This document shows, piece after piece, positions 1 through 12,811 of a stretch of 47,573 nucleotides of DNA; the first letter of the stretch is position 1; each line of letters opens with the position of its first letter. The notes beneath the pieces were generated by a model. It had not been told where the DNA came from. It did no database searches and saw only the letters and a list, made by a program, of their open reading frames with translations. Source of the DNA: Lama guanicoe (Eukaryota); the NCBI GenBank assembly GCA_013239625.1, contig MU053611.1, positions 62,001-109,573 of the forward strand, written 5' to 3'. A program made the translations under genes and the position numbers.

Positions 1-199
1 GAAACTCCTCTGGATAGAAGGCTGAAAGATATGCTGAGAGCAATGATGCCTATTTTCCCATACAGAGTTATGTTGCACGTGTGCACACACGCGCGCACAC
101 ACACACACACCCTCACTTACTTTGTACAATGCAACAAGTCAAGGGCTAGATAAGATTCCTAGGAACGTTTCTTTTATTAGCAGTAGCTTACATAACTTT

Positions 200-1170
200 C
201 GCTGCTAGCCCAGAGGGTGAACAGTGACCAGATTCACTCCTTCACCTGAAAACACTTAAAAAAAAAACTTGGAAAACAATATACAAAACATCTAATTTCA
301 GATACTGGTTGTCTTCCTGAGTTGAGGAGACTGAGTTGAGGGCCCAGTAGGGCCAAGGTAGTTAGAATTCACCTAGCAGAGTACAGGATTTCATGGACAA
401 GGAGAGAAAAGAGACAGAACGGATTTCAGAGACCCTCAGAGAGTCTCTCTAGGGTCTCCAGCTGAGCACTGATTACGTCAGGAAACGACCCCAATGCTGG
501 GGAAAGAACCACCCGAAAGGAACGGAGGGAACGATCCCTGTTCACTCACACAGGGCCAGGAATAGCTGGGTTTCCACTGGTCAGGGTGGGGAATGTTGAA
601 ATCAAGGTGCACTATGCAGAGTACTCAGATGGTATCACTTTAGTAGTGAAGCAAAATCATCCCTAGACCGAAGACTGCTCTGGTTCTACCAAAAAACACT
701 TCAAAATTATCCTAGAAAGGATGATACTGTTTCTATCGAGCATATACTGCCTCCTGGAAAACAGCTTAAGAATATTTACAGAAATACAAAATTTCTATAC
801 CCAATACATTAAAATTTGATAAACATATCACCAGGCATAAAAAGAAGTAGGAAAAATCAATCAATGGAAACAGATCCAGAAATGACATTAATTACAGCAT
901 TAGGAGATGTGGGCATTAACACAGTTTTATACTGTTTTATGTTCAAAAAGGTAGAGGAAAGATTAATTATATTAAATAAAAAAGATAAAAGATACTTTAA
1001 AAAAAAGACCAATGTTGAACTTTTAGATATGAAAACTACAATGTCTGGAATGAAAAATATACTGGAAGAAATTAGAAGCAGATTAGACATTGCAGAAGAA
1101 AAGATGGGTACATTCAGAAAATTTAGCAATGTAAACTATCCTAAATGAAATAGGAACTGAAAAAAAAAAA
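200..1170 (+). mobile_element. Old L1 (L1MC/L1MD-type) 5' UTR and ORF1 fragment
   Basis: ORF 816-1148 contains the L1 ORF1p coiled-coil motif (MKNILEEIRSRLDIAEEK), preceded by L1M-like 5' UTR sequence. Second copy at about 20690-21656. Confidence 0.75.
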
Positions 1171-1177
1171 GGAAAAT

Positions 1178-1345
1178 TCCATGTTCCAGACGTTACTTTA
1201 GGCATTTTACATATATCACCTCATTCAATCTTAACAAAATGCTGGGAAGGCACTAAAATTTTCCTCATCTTACACATGAACACACAGCAGAGAGAAATTG
1301 ATTAATTTGTCATACAAATTCACACAGCAACTAAATACCTGAGCC
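1178..1345 (-). mobile_element. MIR SINE remnant
   Basis: Degenerate MIR core (ggcattttacatatatcacctcattcaatcttaacaa...cacagcaactaaat). Copy at about 21664-21830. Confidence 0.6.
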
Positions 1346-1477
1346 AGCGTCAGAACACACACAGTAGGTGGCAGAATGTGCAACCTCACTTCATAAAAGC
1401 AGAATCAGTCAGGAAGCAGTTAGTCTTGAAACAGAAATTGGAGTTCTGGAAGCTTCATTTAGATCCCAAAGCCACTG

Positions 1478-2143
1478 NNNNNNNNNNNNNNNNNNNNNNN
1501 NNNNNNNNNNNNNNNNNNNNNNNNNNNNNNNNNNNNNNNNNNNNNNNNNNNNNNNNNNNNNNNNNNNNNNNNNNNNNNNNNNNNNNNNNNNNNNNNNNNN
1601 NNNNNNNNNNNNNNNNNNNNNNNNNNNNNNNNNNNNNNNNNNNNNNNNNNNNNNNNNNNNNNNNNNNNNNNNNNNNNNNNNNNNNNNNNNNNNNNNNNNN
1701 NNNNNNNNNNNNNNNNNNNNNNNNNNNNNNNNNNNNNNNNNNNNNNNNNNNNNNNNNNNNNNNNNNNNNNNNNNNNNNNNNNNNNNNNNNNNNNNNNNNN
1801 NNNNNNNNNNNNNNNNNNNNNNNNNNNNNNNNNNNNNNNNNNNNNNNNNNNNNNNNNNNNNNNNNNNNNNNNNNNNNNNNNNNNNNNNNNNNNNNNNNNN
1901 NNNNNNNNNNNNNNNNNNNNNNNNNNNNNNNNNNNNNNNNNNNNNNNNNNNNNNNNNNNNNNNNNNNNNNNNNNNNNNNNNNNNNNNNNNNNNNNNNNNN
2001 NNNNNNNNNNNNNNNNNNNNNNNNNNNNNNNNNNNNNNNNNNNNNNNNNNNNNNNNNNNNNNNNNNNNNNNNNNNNNNNNNNNNNNNNNNNNNNNNNNNN
2101 NNNNNNNNNNNNNNNNNNNNNNNNNNNNNNNNNNNNNNNNNNN
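1478..2143. other. Assembly gap (666 N)
   Basis: Run of N. Confidence 1.
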
Positions 2144-2226
2144 AAACCCTGAAACTGTGGTCTGTGCCTCAGCAAACCAAATGTGAGCATCTTACCAGTG
2201 TAAACAGAACACACTGCCGCTAATTC

Positions 2227-2248
2227 TCTGCTATGGCAACCACCGTTG
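2227..2248. promoter_or_regulatory. RFX X-box-like motif with adjacent MYB site; candidate germ-cell/ciliary promoter
   Basis: tctgctatggcaac (2227-2240) matches GTTGCYATGGCAAC at 12 of 14 positions. accgttg (2242-2248) reads CAACGGT on the minus strand. Both lie just 5' of the first exon-like segment. Confidence 0.4.
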
Positions 2249-2334
2249 AGTGAGCTCTGCGCATCCTCAGATGCTTTCTGCATAGCTAAGAAAATCAGTG
2301 TAACATTCTCCGTAGTCTTTAGGCGTTAAGTAGA

Positions 2335-2721
2335 AGCTTTCAGTTGAGCACCGACCATGTCAGCTTAAAGCAGATCATGTTTCAAGAATCAAGAGAAGCA
2401 CAACATGAAAAGCAAAGGAAGAGTGCCAAACTGTGGCTGAGTGAACAGCTGTGGCCTAGATCTAGAGGAGCTGTAACAGTGGTGCTCCCGATTTAAAACG
2501 ACTTCTGTGAAAATTCTGAATGGCAGATCTCAGACAAGCTATATTTAAACATTCACGTATAAAGTTAGCTTTCTTTTCTATCCAGAGCAGTAGCGGACAG
2601 GAATTCAAAGCTTGGCCTCCTAGACAACATCTCACAAGCTCTTCTGTATTTCTTTGTACCTCTCGGTTTATCTCCCTATAAATTAATTGTGGATGTTTAT
2701 ATAGTTAGCACTTGAGAATTG
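2335..2721 (+). pseudogene. Candidate first exon(s) of the RGSL1-like pseudogene; boundaries uncertain
   Basis: Non-repetitive segment reading MFQESREAQHEK... and SGQEFKAWP (cf. RGSL1 NSQWSLWP). The donor is weak. Confidence 0.3.
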
Positions 2722-3029
2722 GTCAACTTAACATTAATATAATGGTAGAAATTCTGATTGTTATTGAAAACTTTTTTAGTAGGTTTAAAGAATAAGACCT
2801 ATTTTGTGTTGAGGAATTGTTATAAACATTTATCAGAAATTACATATACAACATCATGAATAAAGGTGTTTTACAGCATACAAATATATTAAAACTAAAT
2901 TAAGACAGACTGAATTTCTAATGGATGGACTAGTCAGTTTGCTGTGTTTTTGTTTTTAATTGAAGAAGTGAGGCGGTTGTTTAATTGTTGAGGAAATTGG
3001 TTCACTGAGGTCTTCTGTGTAATAAGAAA

Positions 3030-4100
3030 AGGCAGGAGATCATTAGTGTAAACTTGGAGTGAAGAGCATCTTTTTACAAAGGTAATAAGCCCAGAATATG
3101 TAAAGACAAAATACAGACATATGTGACTATATACAAAAGAATTAAAAGGTATGATACATACATTATAAACAGAGTCCAACGACATGTGATAGACTGAGAA
3201 AAATATTGGCAAAATATGGGTCAGATAAAAGGTCAGCAATCCAGCCACCACCAAATGGCTATAGATCAAGAAGAAAAAGACAACCAACCTAAAGAAATAC
3301 CAATCAATTATATGAGTAAGAAGCTTATAGATGTAGAAATCAAAATGTTCAGTGAATCTATGATTTCCCAAGTTTATTCATAGCCTGAGAAATGCAAATA
3401 AAAGGAAGAATATGGTGCTATTTTTAAACTATCAGACTGGTCAAACTTTGAGATATATCGTCCACTGCTAGTAAAAACATGGATAAATGTACATCCTACT
3501 TTACTGCTAGTCAGAGTGTAAATTGCTGCAAACATTTTGGAAGCTAGTCTGGGAATATCTATTAAAACTCATATTAAGTGAACCTTTTGAAATGGCCCAG
3601 TTTGGGAAGCATTCCCATAGCAATTAAATAATTAGGATCTAAGAATACGCATACACAGACACACACTTGGATATTATCGTAGCATTATCCATAGGAAAAA
3701 TTAGTACAGAAAACAACAAAAATAGACAAGGGTAGGTAAATGATTGAATCAAAGGGTGTTGCTTTCATTCAATGTGATAGTCAACAATTATTAATAAGTA
3801 TGTGTTTAATCAATAGCTATTCAAATGGAAGAGTACCCAGGATATACTGTTAAAAGGAAAAAGAAGTTGCAATATGTGTACAAAATGGTCTGGTTTTAAT
3901 AAAACAAATAATTGCAAAAATAAGGGCACCATTCATATGGGTTTATAGGTTTGTGTATATTTTTTTAAGCATGAGGAAAAGAGTGTATGGATAACGTCAC
4001 TAAAACTGGTAATTTTGCAGACAGGGATGAGAATTTGAATACAGAATCCATTTGCAACTTGAGAAAAGAATTTAATAAATAGAACCTTAAATATAAATAT
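3030..4100 (+). mobile_element. Ancient L1 (L1ME-type) ORF2 3' end and 3' UTR
   Basis: Degenerate L1 3' motifs (gactgagaaaaatattggcaaaatatgg; agaaatgcaaataaa; gtaaattgctgcaaacattttggaag). Duplicated at about 5464-6534. Confidence 0.6.
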
Positions 4101-4109
4101 TTAATAGAA

Positions 4110-4640
4110 GTAAACAGCATTTCTCTACTTGGCACTTATTTTAGTGTAAGGAATGAGATAGGAATCAAACTTTACTTTCTCAAAGATTAGTTAGTTGTCT
4201 GAGCACCCTTTATTGAATGGCCCATCTTTTCGCCAGTCTGAAATGTTATCTTGTACGAAATCCTCATATTAATCTGTCTCATTCTGTACTGCTATTTATT
4301 TCATGGCTTTAATTTCTGTCACTTTAAAAAACAGTCTATTATAAAACTGAAAAACTCAGTCATTACTCTTATCACAGTTTAGTTAGATCCCACCACACAT
4401 GAAATTTGGCATATAAAGTTATTTATCATTTTGTCAAATTCAAAAAAAATTCTACTCAACATTTGATTAGGATTGCATTTCATTTATAATTTTGTTTAGG
4501 GAAAACTAATATCTCACTATATTCAATAGTTCTTTCCCCAAAGTATGTATTTTTATTTATTCAAGTATTCTTCCAGGACATTAGAAAATTTTTTGTTTTC
4601 TTCCTATCTGTTATGCACATTTTTTATTTGTGAATGTGTT
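4110..4640 (-). mobile_element. Ancient L1M ORF2 fragment
   Basis: Antisense L1 motifs (agttgtctgagcaccctttattgaat; tttgattaggattgcatt). Duplicated at about 6544-7074. Confidence 0.5.
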
Positions 4641-7600
4641 ATGCAAGTATGAAATAAGCTATCTGATTCAGCCTTAGTTGAACAAAACTAAGCATACTAT
4701 TTAAGTTTGAGCCCAAATAATTCAAGAAACTACCAGACATGCTTTAGTGGCTATAAAACATGATTCAGTGGTTGGAGCTGATTCTTAATCCATAATGTAT
4801 TCCATGTCCTTACAATTTCTAATTGTTGCTTTATTCTAAGTTCTTTATTTTTTAGTCTTATTCTTTATTCTCACTTGCCTCATGACAATAATTTTTCAGT
4901 ATGTATGAGGGAAAAGATCATGGAACTGAAGTCAGTCACAATTTTTGTTAAGTCCTTCAGAAAATTTCTAAATAGAATATAGTACATTTCTCAATTTATA
5001 GTTTATTGAGTTACAGTCTTACATATAATAAGCATTTTTAAATGCCTTTGTCTATATTTGAGATAAATTTCAAAATGAGTATCTATAATGTAAAAATATC
5101 TTTAAAGTCTAAAAGCAAAGAATAGGAGTGTGGTATAACAGCATAGTACTACACCCCAAACCAGTAAATTAGTCTGAATTTTCTTTTTTTTTTTTTTTAG
5201 AAAACTTTTTTAGTAGGTTTAAAGAATAAGACCTATTTTGTGTTGAGGAATTGTTATAAACATTTATCAGAAATTACATATACAACATCATGAATAAAGG
5301 TGTTTTACAGCATACAAATATATTAAAACTAAATTAAGACAGACTGAATTTCTAATGGATGGACTAGTCAGTTTGCTGTGTTTTTGTTTTTAATTGAAGA
5401 AGTGAGGCGGTTGTTTAATTGTTGAGGAAATTGGTTCACTGAGGTCTTCTGTGTAATAAGAAAAGGCAGGAGATCATTAGTGTAAACTTGGAGTGAAGAG
5501 CATCTTTTTACAAAGGTAATAAGCCCAGAATATGTAAAGACAAAATACAGACATATGTGACTATATACAAAAGAATTAAAAGGTATGATACATACATTAT
5601 AAACAGAGTCCAACGACATGTGATAGACTGAGAAAAATATTGGCAAAATATGGGTCAGATAAAAGGTCAGCAATCCAGCCACCACCAAATGGCTATAGAT
5701 CAAGAAGAAAAAGACAACCAACCTAAAGAAATACCAATCAATTATATGAGTAAGAAGCTTATAGATGTAGAAATCAAAATGTTCAGTGAATCTATGATTT
5801 CCCAAGTTTATTCATAGCCTGAGAAATGCAAATAAAAGGAAGAATATGGTGCTATTTTTAAACTATCAGACTGGTCAAACTTTGAGATATATCGTCCACT
5901 GCTAGTAAAAACATGGATAAATGTACATCCTACTTTACTGCTAGTCAGAGTGTAAATTGCTGCAAACATTTTGGAAGCTAGTCTGGGAATATCTATTAAA
6001 ACTCATATTAAGTGAACCTTTTGAAATGGCCCAGTTTGGGAAGCATTCCCATAGCAATTAAATAATTAGGATCTAAGAATACGCATACACAGACACACAC
6101 TTGGATATTATCGTAGCATTATCCATAGGAAAAATTAGTACAGAAAACAACAAAAATAGACAAGGGTAGGTAAATGATTGAATCAAAGGGTGTTGCTTTC
6201 ATTCAATGTGATAGTCAACAATTATTAATAAGTATGTGTTTAATCAATAGCTATTCAAATGGAAGAGTACCCAGGATATACTGTTAAAAGGAAAAAGAAG
6301 TTGCAATATGTGTACAAAATGGTCTGGTTTTAATAAAACAAATAATTGCAAAAATAAGGGCACCATTCATATGGGTTTATAGGTTTGTGTATATTTTTTT
6401 AAGCATGAGGAAAAGAGTGTATGGATAACGTCACTAAAACTGGTAATTTTGCAGACAGGGATGAGAATTTGAATACAGAATCCATTTGCAACTTGAGAAA
6501 AGAATTTAATAAATAGAACCTTAAATATAAATATTTAATAGAAGTAAACAGCATTTCTCTACTTGGCACTTATTTTAGTGTAAGGAATGAGATAGGAATC
6601 AAACTTTACTTTCTCAAAGATTAGTTAGTTGTCTGAGCACCCTTTATTGAATGGCCCATCTTTTCGCCAGTCTGAAATGTTATCTTGTACGAAATCCTCA
6701 TATTAATCTGTCTCATTCTGTACTGCTATTTATTTCATGGCTTTAATTTCTGTCACTTTAAAAAACAGTCTATTATAAAACTGAAAAACTCAGTCATTAC
6801 TCTTATCACAGTTTAGTTAGATCCCACCACACATGAAATTTGGCATATAAAGTTATTTATCATTTTGTCAAATTCAAAAAAAATTCTACTCAACATTTGA
6901 TTAGGATTGCATTTCATTTATAATTTTGTTTAGGGAAAACTAATATCTCACTATATTCAATAGTTCTTTCCCCAAAGTATGTATTTTTATTTATTCAAGT
7001 ATTCTTCCAGGACATTAGAAAATTTTTTGTTTTCTTCCTATCTGTTATGCACATTTTTTATTTGTGAATGTGTTATGCAAGTATGAAATAAGCTATCTGA
7101 TTCAGCCTTAGTTGAACAAAACTAAGCATACTATTTAAGTTTGAGCCCAAATAATTCAAGAAACTACCAGACATGCTTTAGTGGCTATAAAACATGATTC
7201 AGTGGTTGGAGCTGATTCTTAATCCATAATGTATTCCATGTCCTTACAATTTCTAATTGTTGCTTTATTCTAAGTTCTTTATTTTTTAGTCTTATTCTTT
7301 ATTCTCACTTGCCTCATGACAATAATTTTTCAGTATGTATGAGGGAAAAGATCATGGAACTGAAGTCAGTCACAATTTTTGTTAAGTCCTTCAGAAAATT
7401 TCTAAATAGAATATAGTACATTTCTCAATTTATAGTTTATTGAGTTACAGTCTTACATATAATAAGCATTTTTAAATGCCTTTGTCTATATTTGAGATAA
7501 ATTTCAAAATGAGTATCTATAATGTAAAAATATCTTTAAAGTCTAAAAGCAAAGAATAGGAGTGTGGTATAACAGCATAGTACTACACCCCAAACCAGTA

Positions 7601-7669
7601 AATTAGTCTGAATTTTCTTTTTTTTTTTTTTTGTTGTATACCAAATTTACTGAACAAACACTTATCCAA

Positions 7670-8000
7670 GCATTTATTCAATAACAGTTTTGAATACTTA
7701 ATATGTGCCAGGAAATGGGCTAGATTCTGAGGATATAAAGATGCGTATCGGTGGAGCATACACAAAGTGAACCAGCAAGTACAGCACACGATGTAATACT
7801 TACTATGTTAGTCATACGTCCAGGCGCATGACAGGCTCCTTAGCTGTTTAAGCTTTTGATGACACGGAGCATGTGGTGTTTTAGGGAAAGTTTCTCAGAA
7901 GGGTTGTTTAAGTTGAGAACTAAGGAGGAGTAGGAGTTAGTGCACAGAAGAGAGTTAAAAAGAGTTCTGGGTAGGTACCTCAGTGTCAGTGTGGCAGGTT
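7670..8000 (-). mobile_element. L2 LINE 3' end
   Basis: catttattcaataa...ttgaatacttaatatgtgccagg is the typical reversed L2 terminus. Confidence 0.6.
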
Positions 8001-8075
8001 CAGACATACATAGTGCTAGATGAGACAAATGAATGTTTGACTTTGCTGTGTCCTTTGTTACCTTTTCAAACCGAG

Positions 8076-8165
8076 GAAATGGTGAAGAAAATCCAATAAT
8101 ACCTACACTGTACACATAATACTTGCAGATGTTAAAAAAAAACGTTGGTCTTCAGTGATAAAATG
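8076..8165 (+). pseudogene. Pseudo-exon (90 nt)
   Basis: ccgag|...atg|gtaaaa. Ends KKRWSSVIKW (cf. RGSL1 AKYKGLLTW). Contains stops. Confidence 0.35.
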
Positions 8166-8879
8166 GTAAAACACCTGTTGGCAAAACAGATATAACTATA
8201 GTTATACATTCTCAATATATCAAAAGTTTTAACATCTATTTTACAAACTTTGAAACATCTTTGGTTTAGAATTTCCTCTATTTGGTCTTTTTCTATCCTT
8301 AAAGCATTTAATAATTCTGAACCAATATTTTACCCAAGTTTTTAATAAATCACTTAAAGACAACAAATGGATATGATCCCAATTAAATAACTAAGTAAGG
8401 TTTCAATGCAGAATAGTTTTCTTAAAATGAGACAAGCTGAAATAGAATTGATACATTTATAATGTGAGAAAGTACCAAAATATTTAAATGCAGAGGCTTG
8501 CAGAAAAGTAAAAAGCCAAGACTTCAAAAGGATCAGAAAGGGCAAACAAAATAGTCTTTTTGGCACAACAAATACTAAGTAATTCAAATAATATCAATAA
8601 TATTAAGTACATTTGTGTTCCTTGTAGCAAACCCTTACATTCTCAACATAAACTATCTAGTCTCATTATACCTTTGTCCTCTGTGTCCTCCATGCAAATA
8701 GTCATGTTCATGCAGCATTCTTTCCTTTATTGTTATAGCTTCAGTGGTTGAAGTGTTGACCCACTTCCTTCAAGAGCTGCCTCAAGGTCTTCTTCTTCAG
8801 GAAACTTTCTGTTAGCATTCTAACCCACATCAATCTTCCCATTCTCTGAAATACCAATATTATCAATATCATGCATTTT

Positions 8880-9080
8880 TGGCATCATTCCTCAGATAGT
8901 GATTGAGTGGTGCCTACACTGTGCTAGGTGCCAGGGAAGCAATGATAAATAAAGCGTGACTCCTTCTCTCAAGTTGCTCACAGTCTAATCAGGGAGACAG
9001 ACATGGGAAAAATTACAATGGCAAGTGCTTTGTTAAACATATTCAGAAAATGCCATTAGGGGAACAGAGGCTGGAGTAGT
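8880..9080 (-). mobile_element. L2 3' end remnant
   Basis: ctgtgctaggtgccagggaagcaatgataaataaag...ctcaagttgctcacagtctaa. Confidence 0.55.
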
Positions 9081-9773
9081 TTGTTTAGTCATAGTCTATT
9101 TTTATTGTTTCATGTGCCATGTATACTTTCATTTTTCTCTTTTTTGCCCCCTAGCTCACAGCAGACACCATAATACAGAATATCTTGTCATCTGTTCAAT
9201 TAAGTGTTTGAATATATTTCCATGAGAAAAATAACAATGTCTTTGTAACTTTTCTGTAAATCTAGAACTGTTCTAAAATTTAAAAACTTATATAAAAATA
9301 ACACAAAGGACTATGTTTTTGTCTAAAAAGAAGTAATACTGATAAATAAATCAAGTTCCCATTCAGTCCACATATATTTCCCCTCTTCTTAGTAATTTTG
9401 ACTATTGTTCTCAGAGCCTATTACCTCTTTCCCACATCCATTTTTTTTGTCTAAAATTCCCCTGCATTCCTCTAAATTAGTTAAAACCTGCAAGAAGATG
9501 CAAATTGATTAACGTGCAGCAGTTTAAACATGAGCACTAATTCCAATTTTGAAAAATAAATGTGGCCATTTTTAGCATTAGAACTTGGAGACATCAGTTG
9601 GCTACATGTGCATATGGAACCTAAATGCCAAATGTCTGACTGTTAGGCCAGTTTCACCCTTAAAAAAAAACAAAACAAAAAGAGAGAGATTCCTCATTCT
9701 TTGTGGAGGCAACCTGAGATAACAGAATGCTCCCCACCTTATAACAGTTTTCTTGCACCTCCTAGAATGTGGT

Positions 9774-10274
9774 TGTATCAGTTTCCTCTCGCTGTGATAA
9801 CAAATTACCTCAAACTTGGTGGCCTGAAACAACACAAATTTATTATGTTTTAGTTTGGGAAGCCAGAGCCCAAAATGGGTCTTAATGGGCTGAAAAGCAA
9901 GTGTCAGTAGGCCTGAGTTTCTTCTGATGGTTCTGGGGAAGATTTGCTTCCTTACCTTTTCCAGCTTCTAGAGACCACCCACGTTCCTTGGCTGGTGGTC
10001 CCACTCCTCTGTCCTCAAAGCCAGCAACATTGAACTGAGTCCTTCTCACACTGCTGACTCTGATTCTCGCTCTTCTGCCTCCCTCTTCTGTGCTTTCCTT
10101 GTGATCACACTGAGCCCACCTGGGTAATCCAGGCTAATCTCATCTCGAAGTCAGCTGATTGGCCAACAGTTCCATCGGCTACCTTAAATCCCCTCTGCTG
10201 TGGAACCTAACATTTTAAAAGGCTTTGTGGATTAGAACATGGATATCTTTGGAAGACCTTTGTTATCTCTAGCA
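9774..10274 (-). mobile_element. MLT1C-type MaLR solo LTR
   Basis: Begins tgtatcagtttcct...aacaaattacctcaaacttggtggc and contains ccagcttctagag and gggtaatccagg motifs. About 500 bp, ending in ca. Confidence 0.8.
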
Positions 10275-10599
10275 TTGTGCTGATAAAATATCTGCCCTCC
10301 TCTGATTAGACAAGACAGCACCAGCTTTCCAGGGTCCTGCAGAGAGTGGAAACAAGACTCAGTCCCCTCTCTGCCCTTAGAAAATACAGCACCATGGATT
10401 ACCATTCGTGGTGAGTAATGAGAACTCTTACTTCCCCTTGTGAGTTAGGGATTCTACCTTTCTCAGAAGGTACATCTCTTGATTCTGTCTTCTGTGTGAT
10501 AATCCTCACCGGATTAAACACAGAAGAACTTGTTTTCAATTTTCCCTTTGGAAGTCAATTTTGACAATTTTAATGATAAGAGTATCAGTCAAGATTTTA

Positions 10600-10930
10600 C
10601 TCTGATCATCAAATTAAAGCTGATCCTGACTAGACACTGGTATTGAGAAAATTCAAGCACCATGTCTCTTCAGTGGGTTTTCTGAACCTCCAGTGTACGT
10701 CAATCATCCTCTCTGAAACAACAGCTAAATTCCAGCCTTGGGAAGGGGCCCCCTCACCAAGTTTGTTTCATTCTTGGTATTATTTCTCAGCTGCAGTGTG
10801 TTCTTTAGAGTTTTCATTTTATTCCCTTGAGTAGCAATTCCCTAAAAGTAGTTTATATTTCCTTACATTAAACTCTCCCTGTTCAGATTACTATGATTTC
10901 TGTCTCCTGATTAGACCCTGACTTATAAAG
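10600..10930 (+). mobile_element. ERVL LTR remnant (LTR33/LTR41-like 3' end)
   Basis: Terminus attaaactctccctgttc...tttctgtctcctgattagaccctgact. Confidence 0.45.
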
Positions 10931-11313
10931 GGTTTGAAGAGAATTCAATGGTAATTATACTAGTTCACTGAAGCTTCTCTAAGGATATGATTTGATCATT
11001 TTGTTTGAAGAATTCTTCAATGTCTTCGTGTAAAGGCACTATTTGGAAATATGATTATATTTTAAAATAGTTTCAAAAACTAGGGGAGCTAGATGTATTT
11101 ACACTAGTAAATTTGGCTATTTTACCATGATTGAAATCTTATTTTCAAATCTTATTTTCACACTGTTGATTACTGTACCTTCCTGTTTTCCCCTTCTAAT
11201 ATTTGATGTAAATCTTGTTTATATTTCATGATTACTTTGTATATTTAAAGTATCACTTGCATTTAAATGTAACAGATACTTCACAATAAACGAACTATTT
11301 TTTTCTCTACTAG

Positions 11314-11455
11314 GAAGACATATTCCCATTTCCAAAAGCATATTCTCGGTACTGTAAAAAACCAAGTTTTCTCTGTGCAACTATATTAAAAAGTTACTCC
11401 TAACTTTCAGTCAGTTGCCCACTTAATATTAAAGTTATTTTCACATAATAAGAAT
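11314..11455 (+). pseudogene. Pseudo-exon (142 nt, frameshifted)
   Basis: Strong acceptor ttttttctctactag| and donor |gtgagt. Reads EDIFPFPKAYSRYCKKPSFLCATILK / PNFQSVAHLILKLFSHNKN. Confidence 0.6.
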
Positions 11456-11659
11456 GTGAGTAGTTTTCTTGGTTCATTTTAGTAATACTTTTTTTTTCTT
11501 CTCCAATGTCTAGTGATCGAGACTGACTCTTAATAATAAAAACCAGAGCGTAAAGACAGGCTAAACAGTCTGCTTAATGAAAAAAAAAATTAACTCCAAA
11601 CGTATGTGAACTATGTAGACAAGATAATTAAATGATGATTTTGTTTTTCTTTTGTTTAG

Positions 11660-11712
11660 TTTTTCTCCTTTCACTGCAGTATTTTATTTTCAAAGCTGTC
11701 TAAATCAGACGA
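11660..11712 (+). pseudogene. Pseudo-exon (53 nt)
   Basis: tttttcttttgtttag|...ga|gtaagc. Confidence 0.45.
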
Positions 11713-11883
11713 GTAAGCTATGGTTGTAATACCAGTCGGTCACGTCCAGACCCAGATTAAGCTTTGGATGTGACACTGCCCACATCATAGCATTCAGGTC
11801 CCTTTAGCTTTATTTTCCCATGTACTTTTCAAACTAATGTGCTTGATCTTATTGACTGTCCCTCACTGTCTTATTGCTTTCAG

Positions 11884-12132
11884 CCTGGTTTTAACTCCTC
11901 ATCCCAGCCTCAGATTGAAATTTATTTTCAAATATTTGATTGTTTCTTGATCAGGAGGTATCTCAGAGACATTCTTACACACTCTGTAACCTGCAGTCTC
12001 GACCTGATGCTACCCCTGTGGCTGGCCCTTGATCTCAGAATCCCAGCTGAAAAAGAAGGGGCTGCTGGACAAGAGGCTATGTCTTACAATACTTGAAAAT
12101 CATGAAAGCATGCAAAACAAACAAATGTCATG
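11884..12132 (+). pseudogene. Pseudo-exon (249 nt)
   Basis: ttgctttcag|...tg|gtactt. Coding-like composition that underlies ORFs 11839 and 12029. Confidence 0.45.
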
Positions 12133-12497
12133 GTACTTGGATAAATTACTAAAGTATCCAATTGTGGTGTGTATCTCTTTACACATATCCAAAAGTATAT
12201 TTCAAATACTTAGAGTGTACACACACACAATTTCTTTCTTTCTCTTTTTTTTCCTCTCTCTCTCTGGCATGCACATTCACAGACATACACTCATATCCTT
12301 GCAGATACACACACTGACACAAACTCACAGACATTTGCTGCTAATATAAGTGCCTAGAATCCTATGTTTTCTCTGTTCCTTGCCTGGGAGAGTTGAGCTT
12401 TGAAGTCAGGAAAGCGGCTATAGGTTTTAGCCTATGGGTATATTTAAGAGATGCCTCAGCAAAAGTCAAAGAACAGGGGTGAATTATCCTTCTATAT

Positions 12498-12679
12498 CTG
12501 TGGTTCTCATCCCTACCTGCACATTAACATCACCTGGGGAGCTGTTACAAATTAACGCCTGGGCCCAAATCCAGATCAATCAAGTTAGATTCTCTGGTGG
12601 CAGATTCTGGGTATTAGCAGTGTTTTACTTAAAAGCTCTCCGAGTACTGCTAATTTGAAGCCATGGATGAAGACCACTG
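12498..12679. mobile_element. MER5A-type hAT-Charlie MITE
   Basis: Terminal inverted repeats ctgtggttctca...gaagaccactg, internal catcacctggggag, and ctcta-like flanks. Confidence 0.8.
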
Positions 12680-12811
12680 CTCTACTCTCCTGTAATTTTA
12701 ATTCCACTGCCTCCAATTTTAACTTCAGCCAGGGCTGCAGCAGCAGCAACCGCCTTCTTTGCTGACTATTGTACAGCTAATTTGACCATTGCGTTCTTGC
12801 TTGCTAACATT

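Larger units (their letters stand above)
1..1477 (+). repeat. Near-identical copy of 20488-21963
   Basis: Direct sequence identity. ORFs are repeated at offset 20486 (816 vs 21302). The only differences I saw are one substitution and one 1-nt indel near 169-175. Confidence 0.95.
2766..7632 (+). repeat. Tandem duplication, period 2434 (2766-5198 / 5200-7632)
   Basis: Identical ORFs at 2934 and 5368. Both units end in the same poly-T, with a single extra A at 5199. Confidence 0.95.

Noticed and set aside
2144..2155. aaaccctgaaac resembling a plant-type telomere repeat next to the gap
   Set aside because: A single imperfect unit; chance match.
1368..2283. Three long ORFs of 272-281 aa
   Set aside because: Artefacts of translating through the N gap.
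2934..5805. Duplicated 145-aa hydrophobic ORF
   Set aside because: Antisense reading of an A-rich L1 relic inside a duplicated block; no coding signature.
8062..8174. Minus-strand exon-like segment (acag|gtg...aag|gtaac)
   Set aside because: All three frames are interrupted and there is no consistent chain of minus-strand partner exons. The plus-strand reading fits the colinear model.
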